IMG/VR virus record: IMGVR_UViG_3300028883_000032 | Location: 124,001-188,000 of that record | Strand: one strand, 5' to 3' | DNA: 64,000 nt | In this document: one piece after another, positions 42,410-51,340 of the stretch | Numbering within the stretch: the first letter of the stretch is position 1 | Layout of the letters: every line of letters begins with the position of its first letter | The notes under the pieces: generated by a model | Told to the model about the DNA's origin: nothing | The model's database searches: none | What the model saw: the letters and a program-made list of their open reading frames with translations, nothing else | Position numbers and translations under genes: made by a program

Positions 42410-44293
42410 TTACGGATTACCTTTTTTAGGGGCCGTATGTTTTTCTTGTTTAGCTTTAGCCACTTGTGCGTTAGCTTTTTGTTGATCTATGTCTTGCTTA
42501 CGGGACTGCTGTTCAGCTTCTATCATTTCTGGCATTGCGGCCATCATTGCATTTTGTATCATTTGTGCACGCTTCATAACAGCAGATGCAAAGTAAGGAG
42601 CACTTTTCTGCATATTTACAACAACTTGCTGTTGTTGTTTTGGTGGCATCGCGATTAATTGCAAAGCATATTTATGTATAATTTCACTAGTATCCTCGCT
42701 TGTATTTCCGGTTTCAATTTTTGTCATTTCTTCTGCCAGCTCTTCATCTATCATCTTTTCGTCGATTCTTGCTTTCTCATCAAGATACGCCCACTCTGCT
42801 CCAGCTTGTGCCCTCCCTTGTTCAATGAAGCCAATTGAAGCTGCGGCAGCATCGCCCTCCGCCACTTTTGATTTTAGCTTATTTTCAAATTCAATGTCTT
42901 TTTCTTTTCTATCTCTATCTTTATCAGGATCAATACCAAATTCTTGTAGAAGAGCAGTATTGGATATTTTCCCGGCCTCGTTAAGTTCAAAATGAAGTCT
43001 CTTCGATTCAGAATCATCGTTCATTTTAAATTTTGTCATTCTTAAACTAATTTTATTGTAGCTGAGAATCGCAGCTAGTCTTGGAATGAGAAATTGATTT
43101 ATGAAATCATGTAAATCTTCACGGTAGGCAATAAAGTCGTTTTCAACAATACGCAAGGATATACTAGACCCTGTCCATGAAGCTCCCCCTTTAACAAATT
43201 CAATAGGAACACCAAAGGAGTTAATAACAGTTTCCTCCAAAAATTTCATTTCAGGGGTGGTCATTAAAGCTCTGGCATCTCCTCCAAGAGACTGATATCC
43301 AATTGGTATTGGGAAAATTCCTATATGGTTAGGGTCCCTTTTCCATTTCTTTATCTGCTCTTCAATTTGACTTCTCCACTCACCAAGGTTCATTCCTATA
43401 ATTGGGTTATCTGAACCATTGCTGGCTGGGAATAGAGCTCGTAAAGGAACAACGTGTTCCATAGCTATCGCTTCATTACCGCGACGCAAAGTTTGCATGT
43501 AGTAAATAAGTCCAAGAGCGGGGAGAATCATTGGTTTCCCCCACGCCTCGTCGTCTTCGCTTAGTGTTGGTTGCTTGAAATGGTAAATATTTTTTGGGTC
43601 TAGTTGTATTTTCTTATTAGCCTCTATTGCCTTGATGAATAACCAAGGGGTTTTATCTACTATTGGTATGGTTCCTTTTTTTACGTCTGCCTTTAATTCC
43701 GGTTTAACATTATAAAAATAGTCGGCTTCTCCTGTAAACTCATCATAATCAATTTCAATTCTTTCTGGCGCCAAAGCGACAACTTTTACAGAATCTGCTG
43801 TTTTTTGTGGAACATCATCCACACCAAACTCGTTAATCTGGGCTTTACATTTAGGGCAAGTCCCCGAATACTTAAATTGCCTAAATTTACGATCCTTTAT
43901 TGAATGGAGTTGGTGCTTTTCTCCGCACGATGAGCATGTTAACCATCGTTTAAATTTAAGGTTAAGGAGTACAATACAGTTTCCAAACACCATAAAATCC
44001 AATCCAATTTTTTTCAATAGGGATTTTAGTTTGATTTCAAATTTTAAAAGATTCTCCCAATTCTCTTTTTCTTCTTGATCTGCGTATTTTTCTATTATTG
44101 GTTGTGTAATTGGATAACTTACCATTTTTCCTATTACACTTCTTAAAAATTCATTCCTATAAAAGAAAATTCTACAATGTTTAAAGAGAGTTTTAATATT
44201 CTTTGGCATATATGTTCGAGACATATCAAAGAATGGGCTAGGATATTTGTTACTGCTGTTTGATGATTTATCTATAAAATAACTAGTTGACAT
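42410..44293 (-). CDS. portal protein with a zinc-ribbon insertion
   Basis: Portal-like pattern (LKKIGLD..VFGN, IYHFK, WGKP, IPIGYQSLGG, INSFGVP.EF); CSSC ... CPKC insert; position at the head end of the virion module. Confidence 0.75.
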   Translation of the reverse strand: MSTSYFIDKSSNSSNKYPSPFFDMSRTYMPKNIKTLFKHCRIFFYRNEFLRSVIGKMVSYPITQPIIEKYADQEEKENWENLLKFEIKLKSLLKKIGLDFMVFGNCIVLLNLKFKRWLTCSSCGEKHQLHSIKDRKFRQFKYSGTCPKCKAQINEFGVDDVPQKTADSVKVVALAPERIEIDYDEFTGEADYFYNVKPELKADVKKGTIPIVDKTPWLFIKAIEANKKIQLDPKNIYHFKQPTLSEDDEAWGKPMILPALGLIYYMQTLRRGNEAIAMEHVVPLRALFPASNGSDNPIIGMNLGEWRSQIEEQIKKWKRDPNHIGIFPIPIGYQSLGGDARALMTTPEMKFLEETVINSFGVPIEFVKGGASWTGSSISLRIVENDFIAYREDLHDFINQFLIPRLAAILSYNKISLRMTKFKMNDDSESKRLHFELNEAGKISNTALLQEFGIDPDKDRDRKEKDIEFENKLKSKVAEGDAAAASIGFIEQGRAQAGAEWAYLDEKARIDEKMIDEELAEEMTKIETGNTSEDTSEIIHKYALQLIAMPPKQQQQVVVNMQKSAPYFASAVMKRAQMIQNAMMAAMPEMIEAEQQSRKQDIDQQKANAQVAKAKQEKHTAPKKGNP

Positions 44294-44817
44294 TATTTAA
44301 GCTCCTCAAGCTGCATCATGCGGGTATATAGCAAAAGTTCCGCTAATCTTTGTGCTTGAGTCATGGTTGGAGTATCCGCGTCTACGGGTGTTTCTGGGTC
44401 CATTATAATTTTAGCTTTTTCGTAAATAGTTGAATCTGCATCAGGTAGCCTATCACAACCGTAGGGGTAAAAAGAATGTATCGCCCCAGAATTAAAAACA
44501 TGTTTAATATAAGATTGAACTTCCCACGAAAACTCAAAATTTGTTTTTAGTAATCTACGCGCAAAGTCTATTGCATACCATATATGTTTTGGAGAAACCT
44601 CTTGAATTTCTGTGAAATCAACGGAAAGCCTGTTTATAGCTCTCACAATATTTTCAAATTGGTACATGTCCTCAAAAAAATATTGGGATTGCATAAGGGC
44701 CCTAGCAGCCATTACCCAAGCAAAATCTAGTTCATCTATATCAGGTGGAAGATTTATACGAATAGTTTCGGGCTCAAGTTCCTCTGAAGTTTCAATAAGA
44801 TCTCGAATAGTCATCAT
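44293..44817 (-). CDS. hypothetical virion-module protein (174 aa)
   Basis: Coupled to the portal gene. Confidence 0.65.
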   Translation of the reverse strand: MMTIRDLIETSEELEPETIRINLPPDIDELDFAWVMAARALMQSQYFFEDMYQFENIVRAINRLSVDFTEIQEVSPKHIWYAIDFARRLLKTNFEFSWEVQSYIKHVFNSGAIHSFYPYGCDRLPDADSTIYEKAKIIMDPETPVDADTPTMTQAQRLAELLLYTRMMQLEELK

Positions 44818-44819
44818 TA

Positions 44820-45143
44820 TTATTGGTTTTTACGTTCTACTAGCTTGTTAGATAACAAATTAAATAGAGCAAATGACGCGGCAGTTGCCGGAACATTTTT
44901 AATTACTTTGGGTATAACACCTTGATACATAACTTTTGTTTTACCAAAAGCGCCGTTTGCTTTGCGAAGTTTCTTCTGAATAATATGCCAATTACCAGTT
45001 TGCTTCGCAGTAGCATAGGTATCTATTGGGTGAGATACAAGTGTGGCTCCAGCTCCAGCTAATCCACCAATTACAGCATTCTCGGTATCAGTTAGTTCCT
45101 TCTTTTTGGTACCAACCTTGTTAAAACCTAAATTCCTAAGCAT
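44820..45143 (-). CDS. single-repeat mitochondrial carrier (SLC25)-like protein
   Basis: AVIGGLAGAGATLVSHPIDT...Q and MYQGVIPKVIKNVPATAASFALF match both helices of one carrier repeat. Confidence 0.7.
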   Translation of the reverse strand: MLRNLGFNKVGTKKKELTDTENAVIGGLAGAGATLVSHPIDTYATAKQTGNWHIIQKKLRKANGAFGKTKVMYQGVIPKVIKNVPATAASFALFNLLSNKLVERKNQ

Positions 45144-46264
45144 TATAGCTCCGAAAGCAATCCACTGCGTGTCGGCAAAGGTAAGGATTTTAACACATCT
45201 AGTCCTTCCGGCCCTGACAAGTCCTCAGCTGTATCTTTATCTACATAAGCACTAATATCTTTTTCAGATAGCTTCTGTAAATCTGCGGAAGTTACTAATT
45301 GCCCGTCCACGATAGCCTCGGCAATTTTTTCTGTCTTGAGAGTAGCAATTAACGGATCTTCAATTCTGGTATTATAAAACTTTCTCCCGCCCCACTCTTC
45401 ATCAAGTCTTTCTAAAAGTGCTGCTATTTTTATAGGACCAAATTCAGCCTTTTTCTCAATTAGTTTGTCATAGAGCCCCTGCACTTCGTGTTCTACTGGT
45501 GCGTATGACTTCCTTATATTGATGTGTTTACCAAAATTTTCGTTAAACTCATCAGCTATAAGATCGGAGTATTTATTAAATAAGCCTGCAATTTTGACGC
45601 CGTCTTCTTTAACTTCCTGCGCATCGACAGCCTTTGCCAAATTCATTGCAAATTCTAGCCTGTCTCCCAATTCTAATTCTATATAGTTATTATCAAAATA
45701 AGAATTGGCTGTTTTTACATATTCCGGGGAATCGAGTCTCCATCTTTTTTCTTTCGGTAATGCAAAGTCACTGCTGGCCTCCAAACCCGCATTTTTTTGC
45801 ATTAGCGAATTATTACGACGCTTCTTAGCCCAAGCAACTTTGTCTATTTCATCAGTATTTACAATGTTGCCATTATTGGGAATCTCCCCGACATACTGTT
45901 CAAGATCTTCAGGGAAGTCGAATCCCCAGCGTTTCGATGCCTTCTTTAAATAATAAGAAGCTGTTTTACATATCTCGTCTGGAAGACTATCGGCTTTTGC
46001 AGCTAAAAGTTTAGCATTTAATTCAGATAAATCTTTAGAAATATGTGCGAATTTATTAAAACTCCCAACCCCCGGAATTCGTAGGACAAGAGCCACGTCA
46101 TGTTTACCTAGCTCTTGTTGTTCTTCATCTGTAGGAACGTGTGCTTCTTTAATGGAATCATCCATGGAGTCCATTACTCCGATAATAAGAGTGGTGTCCC
46201 CACTAGACAGTTCATCCACTACATCGTACCTAAGCGTTGCCAGTTTGTTCATTTGATTCTCCAA
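45143..46264 (-). CDS. putative head-associated protein rich in K-x-A motifs (373 aa)
   Basis: 12 KxA tripeptides counted by hand; next to the portal. Confidence 0.6.
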   Translation of the reverse strand: MENQMNKLATLRYDVVDELSSGDTTLIIGVMDSMDDSIKEAHVPTDEEQQELGKHDVALVLRIPGVGSFNKFAHISKDLSELNAKLLAAKADSLPDEICKTASYYLKKASKRWGFDFPEDLEQYVGEIPNNGNIVNTDEIDKVAWAKKRRNNSLMQKNAGLEASSDFALPKEKRWRLDSPEYVKTANSYFDNNYIELELGDRLEFAMNLAKAVDAQEVKEDGVKIAGLFNKYSDLIADEFNENFGKHINIRKSYAPVEHEVQGLYDKLIEKKAEFGPIKIAALLERLDEEWGGRKFYNTRIEDPLIATLKTEKIAEAIVDGQLVTSADLQKLSEKDISAYVDKDTAEDLSGPEGLDVLKSLPLPTRSGLLSEL

Positions 46265-46929
46265 CTGATAAGTTCATTCATAATTATGTTTCCGGGACAA
46301 TCTGGTTTCTGGTCTTGTGCTTCACAATGCCCCTTCACATTAAGTTTACTAATAGAATATCGATTTGTCAATAGGTCCAATAGGCGTTTTAGACTTCTTA
46401 ATTGGGGAGGAGTAGGAACTTCTTTTCCTTTATAGCTAGGACCAGCAAAATCTCCTAACACTAGAACGCCTATCGCCGTGGAATTTTTACCTTTAGTGTG
46501 CCATACCAAGTCACTAACTTTGTTAGCTTGGTACAGCCTACCACTTTTACCAATAACAAAATGGTAGCAAATATGTGGACAACCATCCGGACTTATATGG
46601 TTTCTCTCCCAAGCAGCTATTGTACCATCATGGTCTCTATCGTGTGTTGGAGTAATGTGGTACTTATTAATAGCTTCTATTGTCCCTGTGGAGGCTGCTT
46701 GATGAACAATAATTGAATCTATGTTTGATACAGTCCTCTTACTCCACTTTCTTCCTTCTGGGTATTTTTCATTCCCGGAATGCCACGGCAATACATTTAT
46801 AACATTATAAATGGTTGGTTCTAGATCCCTCTTTACTTTTGGTAAAGATGGTAGTTCTTGCATGGTCTGTTCATCTTCTTTCTTATTAAATAAAACTGAC
46901 CACGGTCCTAACAAATTTCGTAAACTCAT
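46249..46929 (-). CDS. endolysin, N-acetylmuramoyl-L-alanine amidase (Amidase_2)
   Basis: IIVHQAA, ICYHFVIGKSG, WHTKGKN..AIGV..GDF, VKGHCE. Confidence 0.9.
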   Translation of the reverse strand: MSLRNLLGPWSVLFNKKEDEQTMQELPSLPKVKRDLEPTIYNVINVLPWHSGNEKYPEGRKWSKRTVSNIDSIIVHQAASTGTIEAINKYHITPTHDRDHDGTIAAWERNHISPDGCPHICYHFVIGKSGRLYQANKVSDLVWHTKGKNSTAIGVLVLGDFAGPSYKGKEVPTPPQLRSLKRLLDLLTNRYSISKLNVKGHCEAQDQKPDCPGNIIMNELISWRIK

Positions 46930-46941
46930 AACTCCCTTTGG

Positions 46942-47193
46942 TTAGTCGATAATGGTGTTTTGTTCAAAAACATCCATCTTGCGGTTGGCTAGTTTGGCAG
47001 TATCGTTTCTAGATTTATCAAGGAAAGAGTAACCTAAAAGGCTTGAAAAAATAAATACTAACGAGGTGTCTATAGCAATAGCTGGTAGAAAGGCTATGAT
47101 TATCGATGAGATAAATACAGCCCACAGCATTACTCTAGCCAAACTCCATTTTTCTCCGTCTAATGTTAATAAATCTTTTATTAGTTTCTTCAC
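46942..47193 (-). CDS. putative holin
   Basis: 83 aa, two TM segments, charged C-terminus, next to the endolysin. Confidence 0.65.
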   Translation of the reverse strand: MKKLIKDLLTLDGEKWSLARVMLWAVFISSIIIAFLPAIAIDTSLVFIFSSLLGYSFLDKSRNDTAKLANRKMDVFEQNTIID

Positions 47194-47205
47194 TGCTTAC
47201 TCCTA

Positions 47206-47979
47206 TTATCTAAATATTGGATATGTATACTCTAGTTCAACTAAAGCCTGCTTATTAGTATTTAGTTCTAACATTAATTTGGCCCTCTGAAATTCGATAC
47301 CACCTAGAGCACCGGCACCCCATATTTTGCCTTTATCCATCACCCACCCAAAATTTCCGCGGGCCCCAACAAAAAACCCCAATTGTTCCCGCCAAGACGG
47401 TTTATATGGGTTAACGGATATGTTTGTTTGTTCGAAACTTACTCCCGGTAAGTTACTTTCTATATAACCTGTCCAAGTTTTATTCCTATTTTCACTCAAG
47501 GTGAAGGAGATAGGAATACGAGCGGAAATATCCTTCAAATATACTCCATATGGGTCTTCTATTTGAAAGGCCCCTCTTATACGATACACATTTTCGTGAG
47601 CAATGTCAAATGCCCTTATCGGAATAGTATCTGATAAAGTTTCGTATGTGGTGTCGGAGGAATCGATTGGTTGGGACGAAAACCAAGAATTTATGGTTTG
47701 CTTCATCTCTGCCATTGTTTGGGCTTGAGCTCTTATAGTTCCACCATTTTTAGCAATATCATCCTTTGCTTCCTTTGTAAGAGCCTCGATATTACCAGCT
47801 TGAATTGCTAGTTTACTAATAACACCATCAGCGAGTTCTTGCTGTTCTTTTATTTGAGCAAGTTGGTTATATAACCCAATACGTTCACTATCTGCTTTTT
47901 TATTTTGGTAATACCCAATACCACCTTGAACTAATACTAGGCCTACCAATACAAGCATTATTATATATTGTAATTTCAT
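47206..47979 (-). CDS. spanin-like membrane-anchored coiled-coil protein
   Basis: N-terminal TM segment plus coiled coil; lysis cassette context. Confidence 0.45.
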   Translation of the reverse strand: MKLQYIIMLVLVGLVLVQGGIGYYQNKKADSERIGLYNQLAQIKEQQELADGVISKLAIQAGNIEALTKEAKDDIAKNGGTIRAQAQTMAEMKQTINSWFSSQPIDSSDTTYETLSDTIPIRAFDIAHENVYRIRGAFQIEDPYGVYLKDISARIPISFTLSENRNKTWTGYIESNLPGVSFEQTNISVNPYKPSWREQLGFFVGARGNFGWVMDKGKIWGAGALGGIEFQRAKLMLELNTNKQALVELEYTYPIFR

Positions 47980-47982
47980 ATT

Positions 47983-48486
47983 TTATGGATGGTTTACATA
48001 CAACGTATCGTTATCATCTATGTAGAAAAACGCATTTTTATTTGAGTCATAATGATAGCTTTTGCTATTATGCATCTCTTCTTTTAAGCCGTGCTTGCTT
48101 ATTTTATAGTCTATAAGATTAAAGAGGTTTAACCCCAATGAAACAAGTAATACGATTAATACTGACCAAAATTGACTATTAGCGCGTTTTTGGGCTTCTA
48201 TTAATTGCGTACTTTCTGTTTTCCACAATGTATTATCTTTCCCAATCCCATCAAGTTTTACCTCAAGCGGAGAGTTAGCAACACTTAAATCGATTCCGGC
48301 ATTTTTTAATGCTTCAGTTTGTGCTATCACAATAGCTTCTAACTTTGGCAAAACCGTTATCGCATTTTTAAGTTCATGCTGATTTTCAGTAATTTGTGCA
48401 ATTAATCGAGCAACTCGATTACTAACTTCTATTGATTGCACAAGGTTTTGAGGATCTATTAATATGTGATTACTAGCATCCGCCAT
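47983..48486 (-). CDS. coiled-coil protein with C-terminal TM segment
   Basis: FWSVLIVLLVSLGLNLF; lysis cassette context. Confidence 0.6.
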   Translation of the reverse strand: MADASNHILIDPQNLVQSIEVSNRVARLIAQITENQHELKNAITVLPKLEAIVIAQTEALKNAGIDLSVANSPLEVKLDGIGKDNTLWKTESTQLIEAQKRANSQFWSVLIVLLVSLGLNLFNLIDYKISKHGLKEEMHNSKSYHYDSNKNAFFYIDDNDTLYVNHP

Positions 48487-49294
48487 ATTTTAAAGATCCC
48501 TGTATTTGGTTATCCATATAAGCAATTAGCGACGACATCTCTTGAGATAATTTTGTTGGCGTATTATAAATACGTCTTCCAGAGATAGCTACGCCCCCGT
48601 TGTATTTATAGATCAGAAAATTGTAGTATCTCATTTTTTCTCCTTCTGCCGATTCCTTTAAACTTATAGGGAAGTTTGTTAACTCCCTTGATTTCCCCGT
48701 TAATAAAACTTGGGGTAAAAATTCAAGTAGGTTTTCTATTAAACTGTGCGTACATAGCGAATTTACTACATTCCATTCTCTGTTTTTAACGGAAACACGT
48801 GGCTTATCATCTACAAACTCTATAACCCCAAAAAGGTCTTCCATGTTTTCTACTATGCTGTGTAATTTTTTGTTAGCATTTATTAATTCTTGTTCAGTTA
48901 ATTTCTGTTCTGTTATGTCTTTAGAAATTACTACAAATAGACGCTCACCTCTTAAAACAGTAGGATACGCCGACATATTAAATACCTTATCACCATTTTT
49001 ACTATGATACTTATACTCTAAATTTTTAATTGGTTGACCTGTCTTTGACAGATTTTTTAAAGCTTGTTTTACTTTTGGGACGTCTTCCTCAAATACATGA
49101 TCAAACGGGTTGATGTCATCGGAGTACCCTAGAATATTATGCAACGCTGGGTTACCCCATATGGTTTCCCCATTATTGTTACAAAAACTAACCAAGTCCG
49201 TAGAGTGTTCAAACAATATTTTAAAGTTATTGTTTATCTCTTCTGCAACATCTTCAAATTTTCTTACTTGTTGGGTTTCAAGCTCTTCTGCCAT
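48473..49294 (-). CDS. PAS/PAC sensory-domain protein
   Basis: DLVSFCNNNG.TIWGNPALHNILGYS, DHVFEED, KNGD, VISKDITEQK.TEQEL; likely start MAEEL 49294 (ORF track 49351). Confidence 0.85.
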   Translation of the reverse strand: MAEELETQQVRKFEDVAEEINNNFKILFEHSTDLVSFCNNNGETIWGNPALHNILGYSDDINPFDHVFEEDVPKVKQALKNLSKTGQPIKNLEYKYHSKNGDKVFNMSAYPTVLRGERLFVVISKDITEQKLTEQELINANKKLHSIVENMEDLFGVIEFVDDKPRVSVKNREWNVVNSLCTHSLIENLLEFLPQVLLTGKSRELTNFPISLKESAEGEKMRYYNFLIYKYNGGVAISGRRIYNTPTKLSQEMSSLIAYMDNQIQGSLKYGGC

Positions 49295-49354
49295 CTTAAA
49301 ATTCTCGCACTGTTTATAATATATAATACACAATTTTAGTGTAAAAATCAAATA

Positions 49355-51337
49355 TTATTTTGCTAAATACGCTATATACTGTGTCCCACTTCCTCGACCA
49401 TGTGTTATCCACATCCTGTCTCCATCAAATGACATAGGTACCGTGTATCCTGGGGCAACTGTTCCAGCATACTTTGGGATATCGTAGCTATCTGCACATT
49501 CCAGAGTCCTAGGATTCACCACAAAAATTTTGTAAGCATCATACGTTGTTGGCCCACCAACTGCATGCGCATAAACCCACAGATTTATACCGTCAAATCC
49601 TATATTTAACGGTTCGTAGGGAGTTGAGAGGCTCCCCAAATCTATGTATGAGTTAGAGAGTTTTTCTGCCACAGCCCCACCCACTAAATTACCTACAAAT
49701 CTTCTTATATAATAACACGTTCCGGCCGCAGAGTCTTCGGTTATGCTCCAAATATACTGTCCATCAAACACACACGGCGGAGGAATTAAAAATACCTCTG
49801 TTAAGTATGGCCCAACAAATGTTCCTGTAGACGTTTTTAAATGAAAAACTGATTTACCGGCTCCCTCCGCAACTAACACCCATACAATTTGATTTCCAAC
49901 ATAAACTAGTTTTGTTATACTTGTAACAAGGGCATCAAAAGCGCTTGCAACTATACTACCGTCAGTAATGTCAAACGTAGTGACTTCTCGCCTAGTTTGA
50001 TCGTCGTTGTGCCATATTACGTACACATATTGGTCTTCCATATTAAATTGGATCAACCTACCACCACCTACAGAGGCCCCCCCGCCCAAATCTATAGCTG
50101 AAAAATCGTCCCCACCGTATGTAGTGTCAAACTCCTGATTAAATGTGAGAGAACCATCTGTGATATCAAAATCTTTAATACTGTCCATATCCAATACATA
50201 CAAATGCTTTGTATTATCGGAAGTATTTATTCCATAACACAAGGAGTGAGGCCCGTTTAAAGCCCCTGCTCCATCTGGAGTGTAGTCGGTTTCAGATATT
50301 TCTCCAGTGACCCCATTTCTAGAAAATCTAACTATTTGGTCTGTATCAAAGGCTACTCCCCAAATATACCCGTTACCATATCGTATTTCTTTTACCTCGT
50401 CACTTGCGGTTATAGCTGTGTAATCAGTTCCAAGTCCCAATCTTGATGTGGATCCGTATAACTCTACTGCCATTTCTGGAACTAATATAGACTTGTCGTC
50501 TCTGTTTTCTATTAATTTGCCGTATCTATTGAATATTTGTGAAGACGTATCTTCGTCTAATAAAACAGTTGATTTGACCCCTGTTCTGCTTCCAAGAGAA
50601 CCTACTCCAATAGTTGTCATGTCTGTTTTTAACGAGTCCAAGTCCAAGAAATCGTCTTCATGGGGATTTGTTTGTGTAGTTAATGTTAAAACAGTCGAAG
50701 CCCCCCGATTAGAACCATCAGGAGCAATACCTACTAGTCTAAAATCGTATTCTGTGTCAAATTCAACAGGAGTTACCAATGTGTTGGTCTGTAATTTATC
50801 GTATATAGTTTCAAAAGTTGACCACGTTTCAGATGTTTTAAGTTTATATTGCACTCTTACAATTGTAACGTCTCCAGTTGGACTGGGAGACCAGGTAATT
50901 CTCACAGCAGGAGTTTCACCGTCTAACTCATCCTCCACACTTAACAATCTTGGCGGCGAGGGACGCAAATATTGAGAAACAACATTAAACAAATCAGGAT
51001 TACCAATACTTATATTATACTGGTTGTTTCCTACCCACTTAATGTTTTTATAAATAACAGAATAAATGCTATCCCTTAATCCTGTTACTGCGTATTGACC
51101 ATTTTCCCCAACTGTGAAGGACCTGACGACTTGGCCAGACGCCTTTCCCGTAATACGGTTATAAACTCGCCTTAAATTGTCAACAAGAGAGGCTTGAGCA
51201 CCAGGAACTAACCCAGTAAACACATGTGAGTGAGTTTGAACTGGGTTAGTTGGGTTTAGTTTATTCGCAGCATCTGCCTGTACAACATGGTGGTCAGACC
51301 CCATTAAGGGATCTATTCCGCTAGGTGTAGTTGCCAT
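49355..51337 (-). CDS. tail fibre/receptor-binding-like protein (FN3 plus beta-propeller)
   Basis: PSPP.LL.V, ITWSP, DTEYDFRLVG (FN3); FDG..W propeller-type repeats. Confidence 0.65.
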   Translation of the reverse strand: MATTPSGIDPLMGSDHHVVQADAANKLNPTNPVQTHSHVFTGLVPGAQASLVDNLRRVYNRITGKASGQVVRSFTVGENGQYAVTGLRDSIYSVIYKNIKWVGNNQYNISIGNPDLFNVVSQYLRPSPPRLLSVEDELDGETPAVRITWSPSPTGDVTIVRVQYKLKTSETWSTFETIYDKLQTNTLVTPVEFDTEYDFRLVGIAPDGSNRGASTVLTLTTQTNPHEDDFLDLDSLKTDMTTIGVGSLGSRTGVKSTVLLDEDTSSQIFNRYGKLIENRDDKSILVPEMAVELYGSTSRLGLGTDYTAITASDEVKEIRYGNGYIWGVAFDTDQIVRFSRNGVTGEISETDYTPDGAGALNGPHSLCYGINTSDNTKHLYVLDMDSIKDFDITDGSLTFNQEFDTTYGGDDFSAIDLGGGASVGGGRLIQFNMEDQYVYVIWHNDDQTRREVTTFDITDGSIVASAFDALVTSITKLVYVGNQIVWVLVAEGAGKSVFHLKTSTGTFVGPYLTEVFLIPPPCVFDGQYIWSITEDSAAGTCYYIRRFVGNLVGGAVAEKLSNSYIDLGSLSTPYEPLNIGFDGINLWVYAHAVGGPTTYDAYKIFVVNPRTLECADSYDIPKYAGTVAPGYTVPMSFDGDRMWITHGRGSGTQYIAYLAK

Positions 51338-51340
51338 AAT

